A stretch of DNA of 64,000 nt, from NCBI GenBank assembly GCA_963797095.1, contig CAWCNY010000008.1, positions 111,431 through 175,430 of the forward strand, in the 5' to 3' direction. Below the pieces are notes generated by a model. The model did not search any database and was not told the DNA's origin. It worked only from the letters and a program-made list of their open reading frames with translations. The DNA is from an uncultured Chloroflexia bacterium (GTDB lineage Bacteria > Chloroflexota > Chloroflexia > QHBQ01 > JADMIH01). Positions 17,990 to 26,984 of this stretch are shown here, in pieces (position 1 is the stretch's first letter; every line of letters begins with the position of its first letter). Position numbers and translations under genes: made by a program.

Positions 17990-20426
17990 GGGTCTCAGCA
18001 AGCCCAACCTTAAGTTGCAGCCCTTGATTGTGCCCCGTGGCGCGCTGAAGTTGGCCGCCGATCTCAGCGAGGTAGGCTACAGTAGGCTGGAAGATTTCCT
18101 GCGCTATCTTGTGCAGAGGCGCTATCTGCGGCCTGAGCGCATGCCTGACATACTACAGGGCGCTCTCTCCGGCGCGCAGCCCCTCGATATGCTGCTAGTG
18201 CACGATCTGCCCGATGCCCTCACCGTCTATAAGGCCCTGGCAGACTTTACCGATCTGTCTCTCGTGCACCTGGAACCTGAATACAGGCAGGAAATGGTGG
18301 TAGACGCCCTGGGCAGGGTGAAGCGGCGTACCGCCATCCACGATCCTGTATCGACCAAGCCCAAACACTTTGCGCTTTTCGACGTGCAGCGCTGGACAGC
18401 TATGCCGGTATGGGAGGCCGATGGCCGCCTCATTGTAGCGATCGCCAACCCCCTGGATGAAGAGGCACGCAACGCCATCGAAGCAGCGATAGCCCCTGTT
18501 GGCGTCACCTGGGTGGTAAGCCCGCGCCATGAAGTGCTGGCGGCTATCTCTCGCAAAACCGGGCGCAAGACCATCGGCACCTATCTGCTGGAAGCAGGCA
18601 TCATCACCGCCGGTGCCCTGGACGAAGCCCTTGCCCTCTCGCAGAGGGTGGGTATTCGGGTGGGCCGTGCGCTGGTGCTATTGCGGCACACCAGCCAGGA
18701 GGAACTGGTATCGTTCCTGGCACGCCAGCAGCGCCTCCCCTTCTTCGACCTCGACCCTTCTATGATCGAACAACCTATCGCCCGCCTCCTGCCTGAGCGC
18801 GAGGCTCGCCTCTACGGGGCCCTCCCCGTGGCCGTCGACGACCAGAGCATCATGGTGGCAATGGTCGACCCCCTCGATACAGAGGCCATCAAAAATGTGG
18901 CCGCCATTCTTGACCGAGAGGTAGTGGTCGGGATCACCACCGAAGAAGCCTTCGAGCGCACCCTCGAAATGCTCTACCAGGAGGACTACACGTATAAAAG
19001 CACCCAGGACCTCTTCTTCCGCTACCCCGAAGAGTCGGCGTTCAGGGTCATCACCCCCTCCCAGAAGATCACGCTGGCCGTCATCGGGGTAGTCATCTTG
19101 CTCGCCCTCTTCTGGAATCCTGTGGTCCTGCTCGTCACAGCCAACGCTATCACAACTGCTTTCTACCTGGCCTTCTCGTTCCACCGGTTCTATCTCGTCT
19201 ACCGGGCGCTCTCTCATGACCTGGAGGTTCCCGTCAGCCGGGAGGAGATCGACGCCCTCGAAGATCGCGACCTGCCAATCTACACCATCCTTGTGCCCTT
19301 ATATAAGGAAGCCGCCGTGCTCCCCAAGCTCATGCACTCCATCACCGGGCTGGACTATCCACTCGCCAAGCTGGACGTAAAGCTGCTCATGGAGTTGAAC
19401 GATCAGGAGACGATCAGGGCAGCGCAGGCCCTCGACCTACCCCTCAACTTCGAACACCTCATCATCCCCAACTCCAAGCCCAAGACCAAGCCCAAGGCGT
19501 GCAACTACGGCCTGATCAAAGCAAAAGGTGAGTACGTGGTGATCTACGATGCCGAGGACATCCCCGACCACGACCAACTCAAGAAAGCCCTGGTGGCCTT
19601 CGAGAAGAGCGGCCCCCTAGTGGCGTGCATTCAGGCCAAGCTCAACTACTTCAACCGCAACCAGAACCTCCTTACCCGCTGGTTCACCACCGAGTACTCA
19701 ATGTGGTTCGACCTATTCCTGCCGGGGTTGGACGCCTCCGGCGCGCCCGTGCCCCTGGGCGGCACATCCAATCATTTCCGCCGCCGCCTGCTCGAAGAAT
19801 TGGGCGCGTGGGACCCCTTCAACGTGACCGAGGATGCCGACCTGGGCGTGCGCCTCTACAAGGCGGGCTACAAAACGGCCATGATAGACTCCACCACCTT
19901 CGAGGAAGCCAACAGCGACCTTGCCAACTGGGTGCGCCAACGATCCCGCTGGGTGAAGGGCTACATTCAGACCTGGCTGGTGCACATGCGCCACCCGGTC
20001 GCCCTGTGCCGGGAGATAGGGCCTAAAGCATTCCTCGGCTTCAACCTGACCGTGGGCGGCACCTTCATCGGCTTCCTGCTCAACCCCATTTACTGGCTCC
20101 TCACCGCCCTCTGGTTCCTCACCGAGTGGAGCGTGGTCCAACAGATGTTCCCGCCCGCCATCTATTACATAGGCGCGGTCAATCTCTTCATCGGCAATTT
20201 CGCCTTCACCTACATGAACGTGGCAGGATCTCTACGTCGTGAATTCTACGACATGGTCAAATACGCCCTTCTCAGCCCCATCTACTGGATTCTGATGAGC
20301 ATAGGCGCGTGGAAAGGCTTCATCCAGCTTCTCTACAAACCCTTCTACTGGGAAAAGACCATCCACGGCCTCGACAAAGGTGTGCCCAACATGCAGAAGG
20401 CCAACAGCCTGAAGGACCTGGTGTGA
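17925..20426 (+). CDS. Processive GT2 glycosyltransferase with N-terminal MshEN (c-di-GMP-binding-type) domains
   Basis: MshEN TIGTYLLEAGIITAGALDEALALSQRVGIRVGRALVLL..SQEELVSFLARQ; GT2 motifs VPLYKE, TKPKACNYG, YDAED, GGTSNHF, TEDADLG and QRSRW; flanking TM helices. Confidence 0.9.
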   Translation: MGRTKETRRTKDKGRKAKESSEGLSKPNLKLQPLIVPRGALKLAADLSEVGYSRLEDFLRYLVQRRYLRPERMPDILQGALSGAQPLDMLLVHDLPDALTVYKALADFTDLSLVHLEPEYRQEMVVDALGRVKRRTAIHDPVSTKPKHFALFDVQRWTAMPVWEADGRLIVAIANPLDEEARNAIEAAIAPVGVTWVVSPRHEVLAAISRKTGRKTIGTYLLEAGIITAGALDEALALSQRVGIRVGRALVLLRHTSQEELVSFLARQQRLPFFDLDPSMIEQPIARLLPEREARLYGALPVAVDDQSIMVAMVDPLDTEAIKNVAAILDREVVVGITTEEAFERTLEMLYQEDYTYKSTQDLFFRYPEESAFRVITPSQKITLAVIGVVILLALFWNPVVLLVTANAITTAFYLAFSFHRFYLVYRALSHDLEVPVSREEIDALEDRDLPIYTILVPLYKEAAVLPKLMHSITGLDYPLAKLDVKLLMELNDQETIRAAQALDLPLNFEHLIIPNSKPKTKPKACNYGLIKAKGEYVVIYDAEDIPDHDQLKKALVAFEKSGPLVACIQAKLNYFNRNQNLLTRWFTTEYSMWFDLFLPGLDASGAPVPLGGTSNHFRRRLLEELGAWDPFNVTEDADLGVRLYKAGYKTAMIDSTTFEEANSDLANWVRQRSRWVKGYIQTWLVHMRHPVALCREIGPKAFLGFNLTVGGTFIGFLLNPIYWLLTALWFLTEWSVVQQMFPPAIYYIGAVNLFIGNFAFTYMNVAGSLRREFYDMVKYALLSPIYWILMSIGAWKGFIQLLYKPFYWEKTIHGLDKGVPNMQKANSLKDLV

Positions 20427-20428
20427 CG

Positions 20429-22129
20429 ATGTCGCTTGTTACGACAAGAGACGAAAGACGCAGGACTGACGATGGGCTACGGACCGCAGACGATAGCTCC
20501 GCTCCTTCGGTTGCTGCCGTTCGTCCTGCGTCTTTCGCCCTTCGCCTTTCGTCCATCCTGGTGCGCAACCAGAATCTCCTCCTTTTTGTCGCGACAACAG
20601 CGCTCTTCATCGGGCTTGCGGCATGGCTGAGCTTCGGCGTGCAACTCGCCCTCGGTGATGCCCTTAGCCGCACTCTCAGCGCCGTTCGCATCGAGCACTC
20701 CCGCTTCCCCCGTCTGGCAGCCATAGGCTTCGTGTGGCCTCCCCTCCCCACGATGGCGCAACTTCCCCTCGTCATCAATCCCAACTGGGCCTATTACGGC
20801 TTCAGCGGCGGGATAATGACTGCCATCTCGGCGGGCGGCATGCTGGCCGTGCTCAACGGGGCTTTGCGATGGGCAGGCATAGGCGGCGGCTGGCGGGCGG
20901 GCGCGCTCCTCCTCTTCGCTATAAACCCCATGTGGCTCTTCTACGCTGGCAACGGCATGAGCGAGATGCCCTTCCTCCTCTTCTTCACCATAGCGAGCGC
21001 CGCTTTCATCCGGTGGCAGGCGGGCGGGCAGTGGCGCGACCTGGCCGTGGGCGGCATCGGAACCGCCCTCATGTTCGGCTGCCGCTACGATGGCATACCC
21101 TACGCTGGCGTCTTCGTGGTAGGTATGTGCCTCGTCTTCATCCTGCGGGGGCGCGCTTTCCACCCACCCCGCATCGAGGCCAACCTGCTTGCCTACCTCG
21201 TGCCCGTGACCTACGCGGTCGGCCTCTGGCTCTACTTCAACTACCTCATCATGGGCGACCCTCTCTTCTTCGCCCACAACCCCTACTCCAACACCTTCAT
21301 CGTGCGCAACGTCGCGTCCAACGCCGCCGTTATCGCCCTCGGTAGCTCGTGGGGGGCCACCGCCCAGTTCATGTTGATCACCCTCCTGGGCCTGTCGCCC
21401 CTCCTGCTTGCTCTGCTCGTGGCCGGCCTCGTCGAGATAGTGAGGCGGCGCGACGTGGGCATGGCGACTGTCATCCTCGTGCTATTTGCGGTGCCCCTGT
21501 TCCAGCTTTACAGCTATCGCACCGGGCAAACCTTCGGATTCTTGCGCTTCTTCATAAGTGTGCAACCCGCCGGGCTCCTCCTGGCCGCCGCTATCGTGCG
21601 CGACTGGAAGGGTTGGGCGCGGCGGGCGCTCCTCATCGGCACCCTGTTACTACTCGCCCTCGGCATGTGGACCAGCGCCGAAGCCATGCAGAAGGCGGGG
21701 CCGAAGCAGATATTTGCCGATCAGATCGTCTTTGAGGAAACCGGCTTCGTACACGCTCTGCTGAACCCAACCGCCCCCATCGACAACTACGCTGTCCAGC
21801 GCAACGCCGCCGATGTCCTGCAATCGCGCTTCCTGGATAAGCCTGTGACCATCATGGGCGACATCGATACAGACGAGGTTGTGCTCTTTAGCGCCATGCC
21901 GCAGAAGTTCATTGTGCCGAGCGACCCCGATTTCAACAGTGCCCTGCGCAGCCCCGCCTCCTATGCCGATTACATCCTGGTCTCCCAAACGAGCGCCGAT
22001 GATCCGCGGTTCAGGGTGATGCACGAAGCCTACCCGAACCTTTACGACAACGGCACGCCGGGCTTTGTGCTCGACAGCCAGATCGGGCCGTTCCGCCTCT
22101 ACCGCAGCCTCTCAAGGAGCGCCCCATGA
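20429..22129 (+). CDS. GT-C-fold (PMT/GT39-like) polytopic membrane glycosyltransferase
   Basis: About 11 TM helices with an acidic first loop GDALSR..AAIGFVWPPLP, NPMWLFYAGNGMSE, RYD and an extracellular C-terminal domain (FIVPSDPDF). ATG 2 nt after the upstream stop. Confidence 0.7.
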   Translation: MSLVTTRDERRRTDDGLRTADDSSAPSVAAVRPASFALRLSSILVRNQNLLLFVATTALFIGLAAWLSFGVQLALGDALSRTLSAVRIEHSRFPRLAAIGFVWPPLPTMAQLPLVINPNWAYYGFSGGIMTAISAGGMLAVLNGALRWAGIGGGWRAGALLLFAINPMWLFYAGNGMSEMPFLLFFTIASAAFIRWQAGGQWRDLAVGGIGTALMFGCRYDGIPYAGVFVVGMCLVFILRGRAFHPPRIEANLLAYLVPVTYAVGLWLYFNYLIMGDPLFFAHNPYSNTFIVRNVASNAAVIALGSSWGATAQFMLITLLGLSPLLLALLVAGLVEIVRRRDVGMATVILVLFAVPLFQLYSYRTGQTFGFLRFFISVQPAGLLLAAAIVRDWKGWARRALLIGTLLLLALGMWTSAEAMQKAGPKQIFADQIVFEETGFVHALLNPTAPIDNYAVQRNAADVLQSRFLDKPVTIMGDIDTDEVVLFSAMPQKFIVPSDPDFNSALRSPASYADYILVSQTSADDPRFRVMHEAYPNLYDNGTPGFVLDSQIGPFRLYRSLSRSAP

Positions 22130-23535
22130 TCCGGCAGCCTGCCAAATATCAGGTATCGCGTGGTCGCTACCGGGCGGAAAGCAAGGCGCACATATCCACG
22201 CCCGGCATCTGGTTGGCTGCGCTCGCCATCTTTCTGGCCTGTATAGCCCTGGCAACTTGGGCCACTACCGCCTTTGACCTGATAGCGCCCGATGTTCCTG
22301 CCCGCACAGGCACCGCAGCCGCCATGCTCTGGAGCCGCAACCCGCACTACGGAGCGCTCCTCACCGCCTGGCCTCCCCTCGCTACCGCTCTGCAATTGCC
22401 CCTGGTTTGGCTTATGGGCGCGGTCTTTAGCGCGCCCCAATTTGCGGCCAATCTCCTTTCCGCGCTTGCGACCGCCTTCTCTGTGCCGGTCCTGTACAAG
22501 ATGTTCGAGGCCCTTGACTTAAGGGGCGGCTGGCGCATGGCGCTCATGCTTCTTTATTTCGCCAACCCTCTGGTTCTCCTCTATACCGTGAGCGGCTCAA
22601 GCAACGCGCTTCTCCTTAGCTGCCTCATCTTCGCGACATACGGTTTCGTGCGCTGGTGGCGGCTCGACCAGGCAGGTTACATCGGCCTGAGCGGGCTGGG
22701 CGTGACCGCCGCCTTCCTGGTCAGCTACTGGGCGCTGCTCTTCGCCCCTCTATTGGCTGCCGCCTTCATCTACGGATCCCACAGGCGCGGCGCACCCCAC
22801 CCCTGGGTACGCCTCACCCTTTTCGCGATGACGCCCTTCTACACCCTCCTCTTCTGGCTCGCCTTCAACTTCATCTCAATGCGAGACCCCTTAGCCTTCC
22901 TGCACTCCAACACACTTGCTTCTTTGCCGGGCAACCCGCTCAACGACCCGGCAAGTGTATCGGTTTACGCTTTACCGGTCGCCTTCATTCTGCTTGCTTT
23001 GTTGCCCCAGAGCACAGCCAATTCTCCGCGCGCCTACGGAGTATGGATTGCGACGCTCCTCGCGGCCAGCCTCTTAGCCGCAGGCATCATTGTGTTGCCT
23101 GGTCAAGGCATAAATGGCGCATTGAACGATACAACCTCTCTATCCAACCCTACCCTCAACCTAACCGAAGAGCACGCTGTCGGCGACTACCTGCGCGCCC
23201 AGGTCCGCGCGAATGCCCTCATTCTGCTGGACGAGGGCGACAACTATTCGATTATTGAAAGAGCAGGCCATCCGCAACGCTTCGTCATACCGAGCGACCT
23301 CGACTACGACGACCTCGTAGCGAATGCACCTTCGCAAGTTGATTACATCCTGGTGCAGAAGAGCACAAGCCTACCGGGAGCGCTCCGGCAAGCCTATCCC
23401 ATGCTTTACGAGGGCAGATGGCTCTACTCCCAACTTGAACACGATTTCGGCGGAGAAATGGGCTGGCGACTCTACCGTGTCAGCCCCCCCAACGCTGGCG
23501 GTTGCCGATTGCCGGCCAAAGGAGATATATCATGA
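22126..23535 (+). CDS. Second GT-C-like membrane protein, diverged paralogue of 20429..22129
   Basis: Same motif order: SRNPHYGALLTAWPPL, NPLVLLYTVSGSS, FVIPSDLDY, YPMLY. ATGA overlaps at both ends. Confidence 0.65.
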   Translation: MIRQPAKYQVSRGRYRAESKAHISTPGIWLAALAIFLACIALATWATTAFDLIAPDVPARTGTAAAMLWSRNPHYGALLTAWPPLATALQLPLVWLMGAVFSAPQFAANLLSALATAFSVPVLYKMFEALDLRGGWRMALMLLYFANPLVLLYTVSGSSNALLLSCLIFATYGFVRWWRLDQAGYIGLSGLGVTAAFLVSYWALLFAPLLAAAFIYGSHRRGAPHPWVRLTLFAMTPFYTLLFWLAFNFISMRDPLAFLHSNTLASLPGNPLNDPASVSVYALPVAFILLALLPQSTANSPRAYGVWIATLLAASLLAAGIIVLPGQGINGALNDTTSLSNPTLNLTEEHAVGDYLRAQVRANALILLDEGDNYSIIERAGHPQRFVIPSDLDYDDLVANAPSQVDYILVQKSTSLPGALRQAYPMLYEGRWLYSQLEHDFGGEMGWRLYRVSPPNAGGCRLPAKGDIS

Positions 23536-25763
23536 AGCAAATTACAAATCGCAAAGGACGACTTACCAAACACTCGCCACTCGCCACTCGCCACTCGCTA
23601 CTCGCTCTAATCCTCCTAGCCTGCATCGCATGGCCTGCGGGAATAGCAGGCGCGCAGAGCGCTACGCCCGATCCCAACTCCTTTACGCTCAAGGACCGGG
23701 GTTACGACGTTACAACCGTGCGGGGGCTTGTGGCATCCACCGAGTTTTACCTGCCCGGCCCTGGCGCTGTGCAGTTGAGCACCGCCACCTCTGTCCGCCT
23801 CCACTTCAGCTATTCAGATGCCTTACAGGGCAACAAATCGAGCTTCAGCGTGCGCCTCAACGACCACGACATGATGGGCGCACCCCTCGTAGCTGGCAAA
23901 GGCTCCGATCAGTGGCTCGACGTACCCGTGCCTCCTCAGTTCGTCAGCCCCGACTTCAACAGGTTGGAAGTGGTCTTCTACATGCGCAGGGACACCGATA
24001 ACCAGACCTGTAGCGACCCCTACGACCCCCTCCTGTGGGCCACCGTCTTCCCCGATACTAAAATCACCTATGTCACGAGCGGACCTATGCAGTTCGATAC
24101 CACGCTGGACCTGGCCGACTATCCGGCCCCCATTTACAGGACCGCTTTCGGCCCCGACCCTGCCGTGCAAGTTGTACTACCCTCGACCCCCTCGGATACC
24201 GTAGTGTCTGCCGCCTCGTCGCTGGTGGCGTGGCTGGGCCAGGCAAGCGTCGGGCGTACCCTCCACCCGGTTGTGCACAACGTCAGCACGACGCAAGACC
24301 TGCCAACAATAGCCTCGGTAGCCATCGGCACGGGCAAGGACTTCGCCTGGGTAAGCGACCAGCCCTTGACTCTTCCCTACAGCAATACTATTGGCCTCTA
24401 CCTGGACACTCAGGGCAAACCTATTCCGGCTGATACAGGCGTGCTGCAACTTTTCATGCGGCAACAGGGCGGCAAGCCCGTAGCCCCCCTTCTTCTCGTC
24501 ACAGGCGGCAGCGATGAGGGAGCAAGACGTGCGGCTCTCAGCCTGGCGTCCAGCTCCTACATTAAATTGCTCCACGGGCAGTATGCCCTCATCTCCCAGC
24601 CTCCCGATATTGATAACCTCTCCGTCGGAGATATCATCCCCGGCTCGCGCACCTTTGGCGAGCTTACCGTCAGCACAAACGACCCCACCGTGCGCGGGAG
24701 CGGGCGGCAGTCGGTCAGCGTGTCGTTCTTCGTGCCCCAGAGCTTTACGTTCGACAGCCAGCCGCAGGTCACAGTTCATTTCAGCCACGCCGACGGCCTG
24801 GATGACAGGTCCCTCCTGATCGTGGAGGTGAACGGTACGGCGGTGGGCAGCACTCGCCTGGACGAAAAAAACGCCACCGGCGGCACCCTCACCCTTGCTA
24901 TCCCACCTTCGGTGATCCGTCCCGGCGGAAACTCCCTCTCGGCCATCTTCGATATGCGTCCACAAGACGACAACCCGTGCGACTCGGCTTTCGATGACGT
25001 GGCCTGGGGCACCATCCACCACGACAGCGACCTCAACCTCCCCTTCGGCGAATCCACCTCCCAGCCCGACCTGGGCACGCTTGGTGCACCTTTCATCCAG
25101 GCGGGCGCTATACGCGACACCACGCTGGTCCTCCCTCAGGCCCCCGACACACAGGTAGTATCCCAGACCCTCACGCTGGCCGCCAGGCTGGGCGAGCAGA
25201 CGCGCAGCGATATGACCTACCTGCCGGTCGTATTGGCTAACGAGCCCGCATCCCTACCATCCACTCATCTCATCGCCCTAGGGGTTCCCGGCGCTCAACC
25301 CCTTATATCCGCCTTGCAAGCGTCGCTGCCTCTGCAGTTCAACTCGTCGGGACAACTGGAATGGCGCGGCAAGAAGGTAAGCGAAGCCGCCGACGCCCCT
25401 GTCCTCCTGTCCGTGCAGGACCAACAGCCGGTAGGAATCCTGCAAATGGTGTCATCCCCCTGGCAAAATGGCCGCACCGTGCTGCTGGTGAGCGGCACCA
25501 GCAGGACCTCGGTAGGCTGGGCCGTTGATGCCGTCACCGCTGGCTCCCTGACTGGCAACCTGGCGGTTATTGCCGAAGATGGGCACGCCTCTACCCTTAC
25601 CTTGCAAGAGAGCAAGCCAATCACCGTTGTAACCATCCAGCAGGGGTCGCCCGTGTGGGCCGCTATACTTGCGGGTGTGGTCGCGATAGTTTTATTAGTA
25701 GTAACCGTCATCCTGACTGCTGCGAGGATGCGGGCAACAGCTCCGGAGGCCGCCAGTGAATAA
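23532..25763 (+). CDS. BcsB-like (cellulose synthase regulatory/co-polymerase) membrane-anchored extracellular protein
   Basis: Signal peptide, then two repeats of a beta-sandwich (LHFSYS..SVRLND..FNRLEVVF..C..LWATV / VHFSHA..VEVNG..NSLSAIF..C..AWGTI), each followed by an alpha/beta domain; SPWQNGRTVLLVSG; C-terminal TM helix. Confidence 0.8.
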   Translation: MKQITNRKGRLTKHSPLATRHSLLALILLACIAWPAGIAGAQSATPDPNSFTLKDRGYDVTTVRGLVASTEFYLPGPGAVQLSTATSVRLHFSYSDALQGNKSSFSVRLNDHDMMGAPLVAGKGSDQWLDVPVPPQFVSPDFNRLEVVFYMRRDTDNQTCSDPYDPLLWATVFPDTKITYVTSGPMQFDTTLDLADYPAPIYRTAFGPDPAVQVVLPSTPSDTVVSAASSLVAWLGQASVGRTLHPVVHNVSTTQDLPTIASVAIGTGKDFAWVSDQPLTLPYSNTIGLYLDTQGKPIPADTGVLQLFMRQQGGKPVAPLLLVTGGSDEGARRAALSLASSSYIKLLHGQYALISQPPDIDNLSVGDIIPGSRTFGELTVSTNDPTVRGSGRQSVSVSFFVPQSFTFDSQPQVTVHFSHADGLDDRSLLIVEVNGTAVGSTRLDEKNATGGTLTLAIPPSVIRPGGNSLSAIFDMRPQDDNPCDSAFDDVAWGTIHHDSDLNLPFGESTSQPDLGTLGAPFIQAGAIRDTTLVLPQAPDTQVVSQTLTLAARLGEQTRSDMTYLPVVLANEPASLPSTHLIALGVPGAQPLISALQASLPLQFNSSGQLEWRGKKVSEAADAPVLLSVQDQQPVGILQMVSSPWQNGRTVLLVSGTSRTSVGWAVDAVTAGSLTGNLAVIAEDGHASTLTLQESKPITVVTIQQGSPVWAAILAGVVAIVLLVVTVILTAARMRATAPEAASE
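23571..23605. repeat. Heptamer microsatellite CACTCGC x5 within the signal-peptide region
   Basis: Read directly; encodes HSPLATRHSLL. Confidence 0.9.
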
Positions 25764-26604
25764 AATATACACCCCTAGGGTCCTTACGAGCCTGGGCGTA
25801 ACAGGTTTCGCGGCCATTATCGCTGCGGCCATCTGGAACCGCCCCTCAGATATACAGTTCCTAATGCTTGCCCTGCTGACCATGACCGCACTGGGCGCGG
25901 TCACCCACCCCCACTGGCTGGTCAGCGCCTGCGCTGCCGGCTGTGCGATCACCCTGTACGTCACGGTGTGGGTTGTGAGCGGCGGCGCGACCTTCAGCAT
26001 GCAAGAGGGCTTACTCGGTATATGCCTCCTGGTGGTCACCGCCCTGGGAGCCTGGAGTTTGTCTCGCGGGCTGCGTGGCACCGAGCAGAGATTGGTCCAT
26101 CAAGCTCAATTGATTGAAGACCTCACCATATACGACCAGCAGACCGGCGCTGTGCGAGCCGGGCACACCCAGCAGATTCTCAACTACGAGATAATGCGTG
26201 CTCGCCGGTATAGTGAGCCCCTTACGGTGTCTGTCATACAGATGGTGGACGAGCAGAGTCGCAAGCCGGTAAGCAACATGGGAGTCGACAAGGAGAGGCG
26301 CAAGAAGGTAACCGAGCTATTCCTCAATAAGCTGCGCGCTGTGGACCGTGTCGGCTATGGCCCGTCGCTCGAATGGGTGCTGATCTTGCCCAACACGCCG
26401 CGCACGGGTGCGGAAACCCTGGCCGTCAGACTGATACATATGGTCGCCGAGCAGATCGGGGTAACCATCCTGGTAGGTTTAGCCAGTTTCCCCGAAGACG
26501 GAAGCGATACCGAAAGCCTCATGAATGAGGCACGCGCCGCCCTCGAATTTGGCCGCATGAACGCCGTATCGATGGTCAGCCAGTCTCTCTTCGACACCCT
26601 CTAA
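25756..26604 (+). CDS. Four-TM protein with a degenerate GGDEF domain retaining the RxxD I-site (PelD/PssE-like c-di-GMP receptor)
   Basis: DQQTG..EIMRARRYSEPLTV..LRAVDRVGYGPSLEWVLILPNT..GLASFPEDG. RAVD is present, and GGDEF is replaced by GPSLE. Confidence 0.8.
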   Translation: MNKIYTPRVLTSLGVTGFAAIIAAAIWNRPSDIQFLMLALLTMTALGAVTHPHWLVSACAAGCAITLYVTVWVVSGGATFSMQEGLLGICLLVVTALGAWSLSRGLRGTEQRLVHQAQLIEDLTIYDQQTGAVRAGHTQQILNYEIMRARRYSEPLTVSVIQMVDEQSRKPVSNMGVDKERRKKVTELFLNKLRAVDRVGYGPSLEWVLILPNTPRTGAETLAVRLIHMVAEQIGVTILVGLASFPEDGSDTESLMNEARAALEFGRMNAVSMVSQSLFDTL

Positions 26605-26984
26605 AAGGCCATCCCGCCCGACAACCTGCAACCTGGCTCTAAACATGAAACATCCCGAATTTTAGCGCCAGCTTCGCGGGCGCGCAATCTGGTTCTAAAA
26701 ACTGTACTAAAGTATACCCCAGAACCTGTCCGGTTTTGCCCCACCAATGCCTTTATGTTAACGAGGGCAAGAATAATCATCTTCCAACCGACCTCCCAAA
26801 AAACCGATCACCGACTGTACCAAAGTACACAAGTACAGTAAGAGCCTGCGACTCCAGCCCTCCCACCAAAGAAGGTCCGCAAAAGTGCCTCGCTAAAGGT
26901 TAGTGTGGTACAATTCCTCAGATCAACTTCAAGGATTGATTATTACTCAAATCACCCAATTACAAAATAGTAGGCTCAAAGGTG

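Noticed and set aside
17925-25763. Calling the locus cellulose synthase bcsAB
   Set aside because: The GT2 lacks PilZ and the BcsA-type QTPH/FFCGS motifs, has MshEN instead, and no bcsZ/bcsC is present. The product cannot be assigned.
26620-26960. ncRNA or operator in the intergenic region containing TGTAC..GTAC-like repeats
   Set aside because: The repeats are short and imperfect and no stable fold is evident.
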